Assembly: GCA_964016885.1 (NCBI GenBank)
Contig: OZ024741.1
Span: forward strand, 120,652,001-120,716,000
Length of the DNA stretch: 64,000 nucleotides
DNA from: Eledone cirrhosa
Taxonomy: Eukaryota
Reading direction: 5' to 3'
Notes under the pieces: model-generated
Seen by the model: the letters and a program-made list of their open reading frames with translations, nothing else
Database searches by the model: none
Told to the model about the DNA's origin: nothing
Shown here: positions 40,836-53,789 of the stretch, one piece after another
Layout: the number at the start of each line of letters is the position of its first letter
Numbering within the stretch: the stretch's first letter is position 1
Translations under genes and position numbers: made by a program

Positions 40836-41035
40836 TTAACCCATTAGCATTTATATTGTTCTATATTTACTATTGTATTTTCACATAATATCAAATCTAT
40901 AAGATTTTGATGTTTTTTTTTATTTTGAGAACTATACCTTAACATAAGTACGAGCAGCCAGTTACAGCTGGTTTGAACACAAAAAGGTGGGAGAATTCTG
41001 GCCAGATACTGCTGGTTTAAATGCTAAAGGGTTAA
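40836..41035. mobile_element. piggyBac-type MITE family A copy
   Basis: TTAA CCCATTAGCATTTA...TAAATGCTAAAGGG TTAA, ending 30 bp before the exon 14 acceptor. Confidence 0.88.
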
Positions 41036-41065
41036 ATGATGTCAATGATGTCTTTATTTTTATAG

Positions 41066-41183
41066 GTTCATGCCCTGTTTGAAGTATATTGTACAACATG
41101 CTACCAGCAGTGAGTTGAGACTTCTGAGAGGGAAAACAATAGAATGTATCAGTTTAATAGGACTTGCTGTTGGAAAAGAAAAG
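41066..41183 (+). CDS. IPO5: IPO5 visible exon 14
   Basis: ttatag|G...AAG|gtatga; [39 protein letters not shown]. Confidence 0.96.
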
Positions 41184-42119
41184 GTATGATGCTATTATTT
41201 AAAATTTCAGAGTAAATTGTGTTTTTGGAGGGAGCTGCAAATGGAGAGGATGTTGAGCTGGTGCTTGGGAATGGAATGGGTGAAGATGGAAGTTGTGAAA
41301 ACGTTTTGTTACATTGTAGACATGTTGAATAGAGAAGGTGGATCATACTCTGTTGTAATAACTAAAGGGAGATATGCGAGGAAAAAAGTTCTGGGAACTG
41401 AGTTGTGTGCTAATGAGGAAAGGAGTGTCACTAAAACCAAAGGGGCAGGTTTATGTTGTATCTTGGGTTCCGAACTCTCCCCTCCCCACTAATTTTTCAG
41501 ATTTTTTTCCAACCCCCACCCACTTATAAAATTTTGCTAATCTATCTCCGACAACATTTTATTATAAGTGGTAGCCTTCCTGTGATAATTAATTTTCTTT
41601 TAGACATTAAAAAACATTAAACATGACAAAAAAAAGAACATTACAAGAATTCCCATGCATTATAAAATAAGTAAGATGGGTTGGGGTCTCAATATGTAAA
41701 CTAGAAAACTAATTCTGATTTTTAAAAAAAATCAAGGAGACAAGCTAGAAAAATTACTGATTCCCCCCCCCCCCCCCCCCCAGCTCATTATTTGGGACCC
41801 AAGAGTATGTGCCAGTAGTCCCATTATTTATTGGAGCTCGACATGTGGAGCAGCAGAGGCTGGAAAGAATGGTCCAGTGGATGAGGGGAATATGACAGAG
41901 GAAGACAAATAATGAAATGTGATGAAGAAAAATCGAGTGAGAGGAAGGATGAAAATGTCTGGGTGAGAGGAGTGGTGGAAATGAATGTGGAAGGAAATAG
42001 AGGAAGGGGAAACCCACTTCTAAAAATGATGGCAGAAGAAATGATAGACATGGTGTTGATGAAGGGTGTGTGCAGATGATAGAGAAAAATGTAGAAACCT
42101 GTCTTGTGGGTCCACAAGG

Positions 42120-42480
42120 TTAACTCTTGCTCTTGCAGGGACAAACATTCCTTCCAGAAGGTCCTGTCAGAAGCAACCATCTATTGATCCAGCTGAATTC
42201 CTAAGTAAGACCAGCCGAGCTCATAGATGTTATCCAACCGGCTTGCTCAGGATATACCCCTGGGTCTCGTGCCAGTTGGTTTTTCCGTAAAGTCTGTCCA
42301 GTTATTGCTTCGTGAGACATTCTAATACATGACTATAATATTAGAGTGATGATCTCTGAATTCGAAGAAGTACTGCCACTACTTGGAGCGACTCTGATCT
42401 CCAAGTTACGCACTCTATCGAGGAACCCTGTTTCTACTGCTTGTATTCTTTCAGTCATTACCTAAGATTTATAACCTTGA
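42120..42480 (-). mobile_element. Old RTE-type LINE 3' fragment
   Basis: Minus strand reads RIQAVETGFL/DRVRNLEIR and KPTGTRPRG...MVASDRTFWK; related piece at about 61650-61785. Confidence 0.6.
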
Positions 42481-42618
42481 ATTAAGTGCAAGAATAATGC
42501 ACCAGCTTCAGCATTTTGTCATTAGAAGGAAGGGAGGTGTAAAAGCTAATTTCAATTCGGTATTTATGGCAGCCCTTACGTATGGTCCTTCATGTTATTT
42601 CTTTATATCATGTTTCAG

Positions 42619-42702
42619 TTCATGCAAGATTGCAGTGAAGTGATGCAGTTGCTTTTGAAAACACAGACTGATATGAAGGATTTACCTGATGATGATCCAC
42701 AG
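42619..42702 (+). CDS. IPO5: IPO5 visible exon 15
   Basis: tttcag|TTC...CAG|gtaaga; [28 protein letters not shown]. Confidence 0.96.
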
Positions 42703-43164
42703 GTAAGATATTTTATTTCATCAATATATTATATTTCTAATGAAACACACTCTGTGATTTTCAATTAATTTTGAGAATATTCAAGAAATCACAAGATGCT
42801 ACTTCCAGCTAATCCCATACAGATGTTAACCATAACATGTATATATGTATCATGAACTGCGTGATTGATTATTATGTGCTATAAGCTCTGATTTACTATT
42901 TTGTTTTCTAAGTCAAATAATTTTTGTGCAAGAGTCATTTTAGCCATTTAAAAACACAAAAACTGTTAACTTTACTTCATATAAATAATTTATTTCTTAA
43001 TGTCTGAGATCAGGTTACAGATAGCTCTGTGAAAATTTTTACTATATGAAATAAAAAATGATGTCTGTGTAAACATCACCTGATTAGAAGCTGGCAGTTG
43101 AATTTGAAAATTGAATTGAATTAGTAGCTTCAGTGTATTTTTTGACTACAGAAAATAGTCTAAT

Positions 43165-43720
43165 AATGCTTTCTGATTTAGGCACAAGGCCACCGATTTT
43201 GGGGGAGAGGAAAGTCAATTAAATTGACCTTAGTGCATGACTGGTGTGTTATTTTATTGCCTTCGTAAGGATGAAAGGCAAAGCTAACCCCGGCGGGATT
43301 TGAACACAGAATGTAAAGGACCATAAACTCTATGCCGCAAAGCATGTTGTCCGACACTCTACCAATACTCCCAATCCACTAATAATTGTTTCTACTTTTG
43401 GCACAAGGCCAGCAATTATCCCAGAGCATTACTGGTACTTTATTTTATCGACCCCGTAAGTATGAAAAGCAAAGTTAACCCCGGCGGGATTTGAACCCAG
43501 AACGTAAAGGGCCATAACTCTATGCTGTAAAGCATGGTGCCTGACGCTCTACCGATGCTGCCAATTCACTGCTCTTCACTAATAATTGTTTCTACTTTTT
43601 GGCACAAGGCCACAATCACCCAGTGCATTACTGGTACTTTATTTTATCGACCCTGTAAGGATGAAAGGCAAAGTTAACCTCGGCAGGATTTGAACTCAGA
43701 ATGACAAGGGCCGTAACTGT
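43165..43720 (-). mobile_element. Three head-to-tail copies of the second tRNA SINE family
   Basis: GGCACAAGGCC...AAGGATGAAAGGCAAAG.TAAC...GGATTTGAAC repeated three times. Confidence 0.85.
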
Positions 43721-44128
43721 ATAACAGTGTATAAGCCCCCTAGAACTGGAAAAAAATGCTATCTTTTTTTCCAGTTCTAGGGGCTTATATGCTGTTGTAG
43801 TAAAAAAAAAAATACAGCAAAGTTTCAATTCAATTCAATTCAATTCAATATTTGGCATTAGGAAGGACATCCAGCCGTAGAAACAAGCCAGAAACAGTTC
43901 TGTATGATCAAGACAGTCATATGATCTGACTTGTCTCACAACGAGACAACTCACTTAACTCGTGCTACCGTGATGATAATGATATATATTAAAGTTAATA
44001 GTTTTTGTGTTTCTTAAGGACGAAAATGGCTTTTCTATGCAGTAATTGCTTTAGTTTCAATATACAGTCTCCAATCAAGTCATTTGCTAGACAAGTACAA
44101 CTCTGAAATGTTTTTTTATCTTCTCTAG

Positions 44129-44261
44129 ATATCTTACATGATTTCTGCTTGGGCTAGAATGTGTAAAATTTTGGGTAAAGAGTTCCAACAATACCTTCCT
44201 ATGGTTATGGGACCTGTCTTGAAAGCTGTGGCAATACAACCAGATGTTGCTGTTGTTAATA
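44129..44261 (+). CDS. IPO5: IPO5 visible exon 16
   Basis: ctctag|ATA...AATA|gtaagt; [44 protein letters not shown]. Confidence 0.96.
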
Positions 44262-45361
44262 GTAAGTAGCAGTTTATTCTTTGTCTTTTAATTAATTATC
44301 ATCATACCACCTCCATCACTACTATCACCACAACCACCACCATCCTTTCTTATGTCCGCTTTTCCATGCTGGTATGGGATCTACAAGACTGTTTGAGGCA
44401 ATATTCTATGGCTGGGTGCCCTTCCTGACACTAACTTTTACTTATTTTTTAAATAAGTTCCAGGTATTTACTCATAGAACCTCTGAACTATAGAGGATGT
44501 TTTTTTTTTATGGTGGACATAAACAAACTTCACAACAGGCTTGTAGTTTCCATCAACAGAATTCACTCACAAGGTGTTTGTTGGTTCCTTATTATAATAG
44601 AAGACACCGGCCTAGTAAATCAGTAAAGATTTAGCCTTTAAACAGAAAAATGATCAATGGCAACCCATCCAACACATGCCAGAATGGTGATGATAATGAT
44701 GACAGTTGTAGTAGTAATGATAATGAATATATATTGAGGAAGACTGAGATTGATCTGGAGACTAATACTATGGAGTTAATTATTACTATCGATTAGTCCC
44801 TATATCAATTTATCATGATCAATCAACCTTCTGAAACAATCGTAGAACAATGAACTGATTAAGCACTCAACATCGTTTTGTTTTCATTGTTCAATATATA
44901 TATATAATTACCATCATCATCACTACTTTTCTTTTTTGCATGGGTTAGACAGGTTGTAATGTTGTGAGGCTAGACAGGTCAGGTGACCATGTTTTGGTCA
45001 TACATTCCATTTTTGCCTTGGTTTTCTAAACCTAGATGCCGTTCTAAAACCAACAATATGTACTGGGAGTATTTTTCATTGGACCAGCACTGCCTGCCTG
45101 CTTTACAGGGGTAGAACGACAACGACCTCATTGCAAGAATGATATTTGTAGAGTCAGAATAACTTAATGGATAATGTATAGAATTAATAGTTCATGGATA
45201 ATCAGTTTAAATAGCCTCACCGACCTGCAATTGGCCAAGCGTGGTGAGTAAGGCTACACCCCTGATATGATCAAAACCAAATAAAGCGGTGAAGGTCAAC
45301 CTGCAAGGAGTTCCTCCAACAGGAGTGAGAAGGCCCTGAATTCAATTGGATTCAAACCAGT

Positions 45362-45571
45362 TTAAACCTTTAGCATTTACATTACTCTCTATATATATAC
45401 TATTGGATTTTCACGGCAAAAGCTTTGCCTCACCTAATATTGAATCTATGAGATTTTGATATTATTTATTTTGAGAATAATACTTTAACATCAATATGAG
45501 CAGCCAGTTTGAACAGAAAGAGGTGAGAGAATTCTGCCCAGATACAGCTGGTTTAAATGCTAAAGGGTTAA
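45362..45571. mobile_element. piggyBac-type MITE family A copy
   Basis: TTAA-flanked with family A TIRs. Confidence 0.85.
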
Positions 45572-45715
45572 AATCCACTGTAGGTGTTTTGGTGTGTTTT
45601 ATTGGGGCAAAACACTTATTCTACATGCCACAGTTTATTTGTGTGTACACACACTATACAAATATATATTGCTGTTCCATGTTGTATTCTTATTTTCCCT
45701 TTGATTTCTGATCAG

Positions 45716-45777
45716 GTGATGACATGAAAGAAATGGAAGATGATACAGACTGGCAGTTTGTTACTTTAGGTGACCAA
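45716..45777 (+). CDS. IPO5: IPO5 visible exon 17
   Basis: gatcag|GT...CAA|gtaagt; DDMKEMEDDTDWQFVTLGDQ. Confidence 0.93.
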
Positions 45778-47298
45778 GTAAGTCCACTGTTGTAACAATC
45801 AGCTTCTTTTATATTAATTATAATTTAATTTTAATCATTGGAATCAATGTGTCAAAGTATAAATGCACATACATCAGCATTTATCAGATAGCAAATTAGC
45901 AGAGTTGTTAGAACATCAGATGGAATGCTTTGCAGTATTTGTTCTGCTTGATGAGGTCAACTTTGCCTTTTAAAAAAATTTCAGTTCAGTACTGGTGTTA
46001 ATTTTTCCTCTATATCTCTTGCTTTTTTTTTTTTTTTTTAAGAAATTGGTGGTGTTCAGAGAGGATGGGCTTAACTGAGTTTAACTTTCCCAAGACACCT
46101 CCCATCAGGTGTTACAGCTCCATACATACATAATACATCTGCTCTTGTACACAATCACACACAAATATATGAATATGGTTGTGTATACATAGGCTCAGGC
46201 ATGGGTGTAAGGTTAAGAAGTTTGCATCATAACTACATAGGTTCAACCTTTGGGCAAATGTATAGGATTAAACTGCCCAATGTCTTGTGAGGGGATCTGA
46301 GACTGTTAAAAAGTCCATCATCACCATTTAACACCCATTTTTTTCAGGCTAGCGTGGGTTAAACAAGTTGTCCCACTATGAGAGAAGTCGGATCAGATGA
46401 CTGTGTCTGGCTTGGTTTCTATGACCGGAAGCTCTTCCTAACATCAACCAGCGTGGGCTGGGTGCTTTTTTATTGTGGCACCAAAACGCCCAAATGACAG
46501 GTTGGACTGGGTGCTTTTTTTCATGTCACTAATACAACCACTTTACAGAGTGAACTGGGTGCTTTTTGTTGTCACCATCAGGTGTGTATATATCTGTATT
46601 TGTGTGTGTGTATCATTATACCACATGCACTTTTATATTGACAGTATTTAAAAAGTGGAAACAGTATATCCCACAGTGTATTAGTTGAGTGGTACATAGT
46701 ATGCTTGGAAGTAAAGAATGGGTTGGTGTTAAGGGAGATATCTAGTCATGCCAGCATGGAGTATAGTAGAGTAGGGTGTGGTAGAGGGAAGGTACACGTT
46801 GATGACGATTCATTGATAGGGCACCAAACTCCTGATGAAGTGATAGAGGTACCGTCATGATATACGGCACATCTTGGACATTTAATCCTGGTAAAGCCCA
46901 TTCTCTCACTACGTTTGAACATAACTGATTTCTTCCATGGTTAGAGGAAGAATCTATACCAATATTGGATTGGTACTTTATTTTATCAACTTCATAAGGA
47001 GGAAAAGCAAAGTTGATTATAGAAGCATTTGAACTCGGAGCCTAGAGAGCCAGAACAAACCTTGCAAAGTATTCTCTCTGATGTTTTAACAATGCTGTCA
47101 TATGTTGGTAGTGTTCTTTAAGGTGATGGTGATAACAGTGATGATTGTAGTGTTGGTAACAATGAGGGTGGTTTGGTAAGTGATAATGGTGGTTTAACTG
47201 ATGATGATGATGGGGAGGAGGAGGACGATGATGGTTGGGGTGGCAATGATAATTGAATCATGTAATCTTTTTAATTATTTTTTCCCCCTCTATTACAG

Positions 47299-47455
47299 CA
47301 GAGTATAGGTGTGCGTACTTCTGGTCTTGAAGAGAAAGCCACAGCCTGTCAAATGATTGTTTGTTATGCTCGAGAACTGAAGGAAGGCTTTGCTGAATAC
47401 ACAGAAGAAGTAGTCAAACTTATTGTACCACTGTTAAAGTTTGTTTTCCACGATG
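47299..47455 (+). CDS. IPO5: IPO5 visible exon 18 (followed by a U12-type donor)
   Basis: ttacag|CAG...GATG|gtatccttt; [52 protein letters not shown]. Confidence 0.96.
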
Positions 47456-47924
47456 GTATCCTTTCCAAACATCTAATTAATCAATAGGTTGATCATTTGG
47501 CCAACATCCAACCTGATCTGATTCTATAATATTGTGTTTATTATTCAAATTCCTTTCTGTAAACATTTATTAAATATGACCTTGGTCTGTGATGACCCGT
47601 CCAGCCCCAAAAATAAACATTAAATAATAGTTTCTGATTTAGGCACAAGGCCAGTAATTTAGAGGAAGGAGAAAGTCAATTAAATCGGCCTCAGCATGTT
47701 ACTGGTACTTTATTTTATTGACCCCCCCCCGTAAGGATGAAAAAAAATAAAGTACCAATACTGGACGTTAAATAATAATAATGGGGAGGAGGAGGATAAT
47801 ATAATGTGAAGGGTGGGTGCGGTTCTTTTGGCAAGAGCCAGGACATTTGACACGGTATATAGCTAGTACTTATATATAACATACAGTTAGTAACTATATA
47901 TAATATATGCACTCGACAAAAAAT

Positions 47925-48119
47925 ATCAGGCCATATCCGGCCAGAATTCTCTCACCTCTTTCTGTTCAAACTGGTCATAACTGGCTGCTCATACTTATGT
48001 TAAGGTATTGTTCTCAAAATAAATATCAAAATCTCATAGATTCAATGCTATGTGAAGTAAAGTGTTTACTGTGAAAATGCAATAGTAAATATAGAGTAAT
48101 GTAAATGTTAAAGGGTTAA
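47925..48119. mobile_element. piggyBac-type MITE family A copy (one end truncated)
   Basis: CCGGCCAGAATTCTCTCACC...TAAATGTTAAAGGGTTAA. Confidence 0.8.
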
Positions 48120-48280
48120 TGAAATAAATATTTAAACTCTACTTCATTATTGAATACTCTTCTCTCGGCTCTCAACTACATAAGGATATATATATATATG
48201 TTAAGACTTTTATTACTTTGAAGTGTAATATATTATGTTGTTTTCTGGTTATGTTCTTTCATTTTTTTAAAAACTCATAA

Positions 48281-48282
<2 letters not shown>

Positions 48283-48321
<39 letters not shown>

Positions 48322-48435
48322 GCATGCATGCATACATACATGCATGCATGCATACATGCATGCATGCATGCATACATACATACATGCATGCATGCATACA
48401 TGCATGCATGCATGCATACATACATACATACATTC
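48283..48435. repeat. (TA)n + (CATG/CATA)n microsatellite
   Basis: Read directly. Confidence 0.97.
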
Positions 48436-48888
48436 ATAGGATGAATGACAAGCGGATGCCGAAGCAGCTGCTTTATGGTGAGCTCCAAATGGGAAAAAGG
48501 AACGCGAGCAAACCCAAGATGCGTTTTAAGGACTGCATCAAGGGGGCTAGTGAGCACTGGGAAGCATGGCCTAGCGACCAATCGCATTGGAGGAAAGCAG
48601 TGGCTAGTGGCAAGAGTCTATTTGAGGAAACAAGGAGGCATGCAACACTAAAAAGAGATGTCCGGAAAGGAATCCATGTTGGCCTTCCCGAAGGCACTGA
48701 CAGACGGCCTGACCTGACATGTGAGACCTGTAATAGGGTTTGTCTGAGCATGGCAGTTCTAAAGAGTCACCTGAGAGTGCACAAGAACAGGGAAGCAGGC
48801 ACCTGTGGAGCTATAAGTGTTCATCAGACGACGACATGTGATGTTTGTGGAAGGGTATGCAGGTTGGCAGCCACCATGCATGCATTCA
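48436..48888 (+). mobile_element. 5'-truncated, internally deleted RTE copy, inverted relative to its neighbour
   Basis: RMNDKRMPKQLLYGELQMGKR...CETCNRVC...CDVCGRVCR, then the terminal GTTGGCAGCCACCATGCATGCAT. Confidence 0.9.
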
Positions 48889-51800
48889 TGAATGCATGCA
48901 TGGTGGCTGCCAACTCGTTTTCGAGTACGGCCACTACTTTATATCCATGTAGGAGAACCCCTACCGATGCGCTGAACGAGTGTGGCTTTTTAGTCCAGCC
49001 AGCGACTTGAAAACTCTGGTACAAACACTACACTTGTGACAATTATTGACACCTAGTGCTGGGCCCATGGCACCATGTGACCCAAGGTGTCGTGTGAGAT
49101 CACTACTCGACCTGCATACCCTTCCACAAACATCACATGTCTTCGTCTGATGAACACTTATAGCTCCACAGGTGCCTGCTTCCCTGTTCTTGTGCACTCT
49201 CAGGTGACTCTTTAGACCTGCCATGCTCAGACAAACCCTATTACAGGTCAGGCCGTCTGTCAGTGCCTTCGGAAAGGCCAACATGGATTCCTTTCCGGAC
49301 ATCTCTTTTTAGTGTCGCGTGCCTTCTTCTTGTTTCCTCAAATAGACTCTTGCCACTAGCCACTGCTTTCCTCCAATGCGATCGGTTGCTAGCGCATGCT
49401 TCCCAGTGCTCACAAGGGATGTTAATTTTCTTGACCGTCACCTTGATGCAGTCCTTAAAACGCATCTTGGGTTTGCTTGCGTTCCTTTTTCCCATTTGGA
49501 GCTCGCCATAAAGCAGCTGCTTAGGCATTCGCTTGTCATTCATCCTTACAAGATCGCCTGTCCAGCGCAGCTGATGTTTCAAAATCAAGGACTCGACACT
49601 ATCACAGGCACTTCTGTCCAGAACCTCGACGTCACTAACAAACATTTGCCAAGTTATGCCGAGGATCCTACGTAAGCAGTACTGGTGGAACCTCTCAAGT
49701 CGCTTCATCTGTCTACAGTAGACCACCCACGTCTCACAAGCATAAAGAAGTGCCGCGAGCACACACGCATGATACACTTTGAGCTTTGTCTTTACCGAAA
49801 TTCCGTGTTGAGACCAGAGACGCTTGTTCAGTTACCCAAAAGCATCACTGGCTTTCTGTATCCCGTTTGATATTTCCCCATCAAGATCGCAGGACATACT
49901 CAGAGTGCTTCCAAGATATACAAAACTGCCAACGACCCTTAGCCGTTCACCATAAACCAAGTTGTTGGGCTCACAACATGGCCACTGTCTTTTTCAGGCT
50001 TATGGTAAGTCCCAATGCAGTACACGCATTAGAAAATACATCCATGAGATGCTGCATATCAATCCCACTGTGCGCTACCAGGTCACAGTCATCTGCATAA
50101 AGCAAATCCCAGATTAGTGACAAGTGAACCTTTGACTTAGCATTGAACCTCCTGATATTAAACAGCTTTCCAGTTGATCGATGGCGAACATATACACCAT
50201 GATTGCAGTTTCGAAGACAATGGAGAAGTACAAAGCAAAGAGCGTTGGAGCTGGAATGTCACCCTGTTTGACTCCATTCTCGACCGTCACCGGCTCAGAG
50301 AGCTTTCCACCAACATTTACTCATGCCTTCATGTCATCATGGAACAAACGCAAAATGGAAACGAACTTCTCAGGGCACCCCAGCTTCCTCAAGATATCCC
50401 ATAAAGCCTTTCTGTTGGCCGTGTCAAACACCTTTGTCAGATCAACAAACACCTGGTAGAGATCCACATTCTGCTCAACACACTTTTCCTGCAGTTGTCT
50501 GGCTGTAAAGATCATGTCCACAGTGCCACGCCCAGCCCGAAAGCCCGATTGCGACTCTGGTAGAGCTTCATCAGCAATGGGGAGCAATAGACGGTCCAAC
50601 AGAATTCTACAGAGAACTTTGCCAACAACAGACAACAGTGATATCCCACGATAGTTTCCGCAGTCATCCCTGTCTCCCTTTCCCTTGTACAAAACAACCA
50701 TCACAGCATCCTTCCAGTCATCGGGAACATGATTGTTGTTCCAGGCATCCAGAACCAAAGAATGAAGTTGGTGCACGAGATTCTCTCCACCGTGCTTCAA
50801 GATTTCAGCAGACAGCCCATCCAATCCAGGCGACTTCCCACCAATGAGTTTCCTGACAGCACTTTTAACCTCCTCGATCGTTGGAGGCTCAGCAAGGATT
50901 TCCTTTACTGGCTTATCAGGTATGGACCTGATAAACTCTTCGTCAACCTCTGAATCCCTATTGAGAAGCTCGTCAAAGTGTTCCCACCATCTCAACAGGA
51001 TATCATTGGGATCTCTAAGGAGCTGGTTGCCAACCTTTGTCCTAAGAGGCGCAACTGGTGATATAGGTGGTCCATACACTTCACGAAGAAGATTATACAT
51101 AGCCTTAACGTCCTTCACATCCGACGCAAGTTGTATTTCATCGGCTTTTTCATTCCACCACTTATTCTTCATTTCATGCAATTTTCGTTGCACATCAGCT
51201 TTTACGAGCTTCAGCTTATCACCGATTGCTTTCTGCCGATCGGTGCTTAAATCACTACCAAGCAATGCAGAGTGGAGCATATGTTTCTCCTACAAAAGCT
51301 TGTCTATAAGCTTGTCATTTTGGTCAAACCAATCCTGATGCTTCTTATCTGTGAATCCAACAACATCAGCACATGCCCCATAAACTGCCTCCTTAAAGGA
51401 AGTCCAGTCATTTCCGCACTCTAACGCATCCATCTTTTTAACCAGATTTTCTCTGACTTCAGGATCCTTCAGACGGGCAACGTTCAGCCGTTTCGGAAGT
51501 GATACCCCTCGCTGTTTCTCCCTTTTACGAACTACACATCTTGCTCTCACCAGACGATGGTCGGTCCAACACTCTGCCCCACACATCACATGAACACTGC
51601 ACAGATCCTGTACATTCCGCCGCCTCACAAGGACATAATCAATCAGGTGCCACTGTTTCGATCCAGGATGCATCCATGTTGTCTTGTATTTGTCCTTCTG
51701 TTGGAACATAGTGCTGCCAATGAACAAGTCCAGCTCAGTGCACATTTGCAATAACAAGAGTCCATTGCCATTGCACTTTCCGACCCCATGCTTGCCCAGA

Positions 51801-52910
51801 GCTCTCCAGGTCTCACAATCACGGCTCACGCGAGCATTAAAATCTTCAAGAATGAAAATTTTGTCTGCTGCAGGCACTTTCCAGACAAGAGACCTTAATT
51901 CGTCATATAAAGCCTGCTTTGCTTCATCAATGCATTCCATAGTTGGTGCATAAGCACCAATAACGGTTGCATATCTTCCACCCTCTAGAGGAACTCTCAC
52001 AGTGATCAGTCACTAACGCCTGTCGGCAGCTCCTGAAGATGGTCTGTTATAACTGTTTTTATGGCAAAAGCGACACCAGCTTCCCTCCTCCCCTCCTTCC
52101 TTCCCCTCCAGAAAAACGTATATCCTCCGGATTTCTCTGTGAAATGGCCTCACCATGAAATCGAGTTTCCGAGAGGTCCACAACATCCATATCATAACGC
52201 CTGAGCTCCTTGACAACCAATGCCGATCTTCTTTCAGGTCGCTGTACATTTGTTTCAACATCAAGCAAAGTACGCACATTCCAGCACCCGAAATTGAGTG
52301 GTTTGCACACAGTAGACTGATGACGACCGGGCCCAGACTGCGGCACCCTGGGACACCTGCTGGGCCAGACCCTTTCACATGATGCTGATCCAGAGCCCTT
52401 ATTGCCATTTACTTCAATTGTGTTAGGTACCTTCATTGTAATGTAGTTTGCCTTTTTAGGCTACGGCCAGCCAGAGTTCCACATCAAGATGACAAGTGCA
52501 GAGAGATCTCCAGATATAAAGCAATACCTGTGCCGTGAAGCTTTTATAGTGAACAAAGGCACTGCACAAAGCCAGTCCCACTCTCTTAACCAAGATGATA
52601 TTTACCAAAAAGAAGAACAAGTCAACATCATTGGATACCATCAGAGTTGCAGGTGTTATATCAGAGTTTTCCTTCTAGAATTCTGCCTTGACAAAGGCTA
52701 AGGGGTAATCTCTCCTGGTGATTTTGGATGGCCATTGACTCTTAAGAGCTCCTTTGCCCTTTGACAGGTTTTGTTTTTACTCCTGCAGGATGTCCAAAGT
52801 CACCCTCCTCACCAAGAAACCTTGGTGGGGTTGCCAGTTTAGTCGCCAACGACCATCGGACAGGTTGTACTGGGATACATGTTACCAGTAGCACCAACTG
52901 GTGACCTGAC
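48889..52910 (-). mobile_element. Near full-length RTE-clade LINE (APE endonuclease + RT + C-terminal C2H2 fingers), inactivated by indels
   Basis: FGCWNVRTL, AYAPT, DFNARV, WHLIDY, TDHRLV, NYRGISLLS, QSGFRAGRGTVDMIF, YADD, LRWTGDLVRM, three C..C...H...H motifs; 5' UTR extends to about 52910. Confidence 0.93.
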
Positions 52911-53789
52911 ATATACATACATACGTGTGTGTGTGTGTGTACGAACATGTCTTGATATATATTTAGAACACTGTTGCATAATTAATAGCAAGTGACTACT
53001 ACTTTCGTAATGTGATGTCTGTTCATATTGATCAGAGAATAGTCTGTGTGGAACTGTAAAGTGACTGTTGGTGCCATGATAAAATACACCCAGTACATAC
53101 TGTAATGTGGTTGGTGTTAGGATGGGAATCCATCCAAAGAAATCATTACAAAATGGAATGTGCGTTAAGAAGGGTCCTCTGACTTATCTAGTATCAAACA
53201 ATGAGAACTTTCACACCCATACTAGCATGGAAACAAACACAAAACAATGATGATGATGATCATCATCATCATACTTTATTGACGTATTTAATGTATAAGT
53301 ATATAATTTCGAAATTTCTTTATGTAAGTAATGTTTCTTATAAGTGTGGACTAGAATGAGAGAGTAGAAGGGCATTTGAGATTAGCAAGAGACCATGTTT
53401 TTTGGGGGAGAAGTAATGGAACTTTGTCAATTTTGTCTATGAGAGCTCTAGTTCTATCAATGGCACAACCTACTCATGAAATTAAGATGTACCTTTAAAG
53501 TAATTTTCAGGGAGTTTCAGCATGATAGTGTGTGTGACTAGCTGGCCCTGTGAAGTACAGGTACAGTCCATCTGATGGGAGGCTTCCAGTTTCTGTTTAC
53601 CCAATTTTACTCACAAGGCATGAGTCAGTCCAAGACTATCGAAAACGAGACTTGCTTAAGATGGCATGCAGTGGGATTGAACCCAGGATCTAACAATTGC
53701 AAAACAAACTTAACCATTTGACCAAGCTGCATGAAAAGTGATGTTTGTGCTTTTCAAGTGAATATTAATGTCATAAGCAAAGCAATTAA

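Noticed and set aside
42344-42401. Apparent C/D-box snoRNA (GTGATGA...CTGA with GAG/CTC ends)
   Set aside because: Only about 52 nt between box ends, no rRNA complementarity that I could recognise, and it lies in the antisense strand of an RTE fragment
46832-46880. CTGATGA followed by a short hairpin (possible hammerhead)
   Set aside because: No GAAA, stem III or cleavage triplet in register
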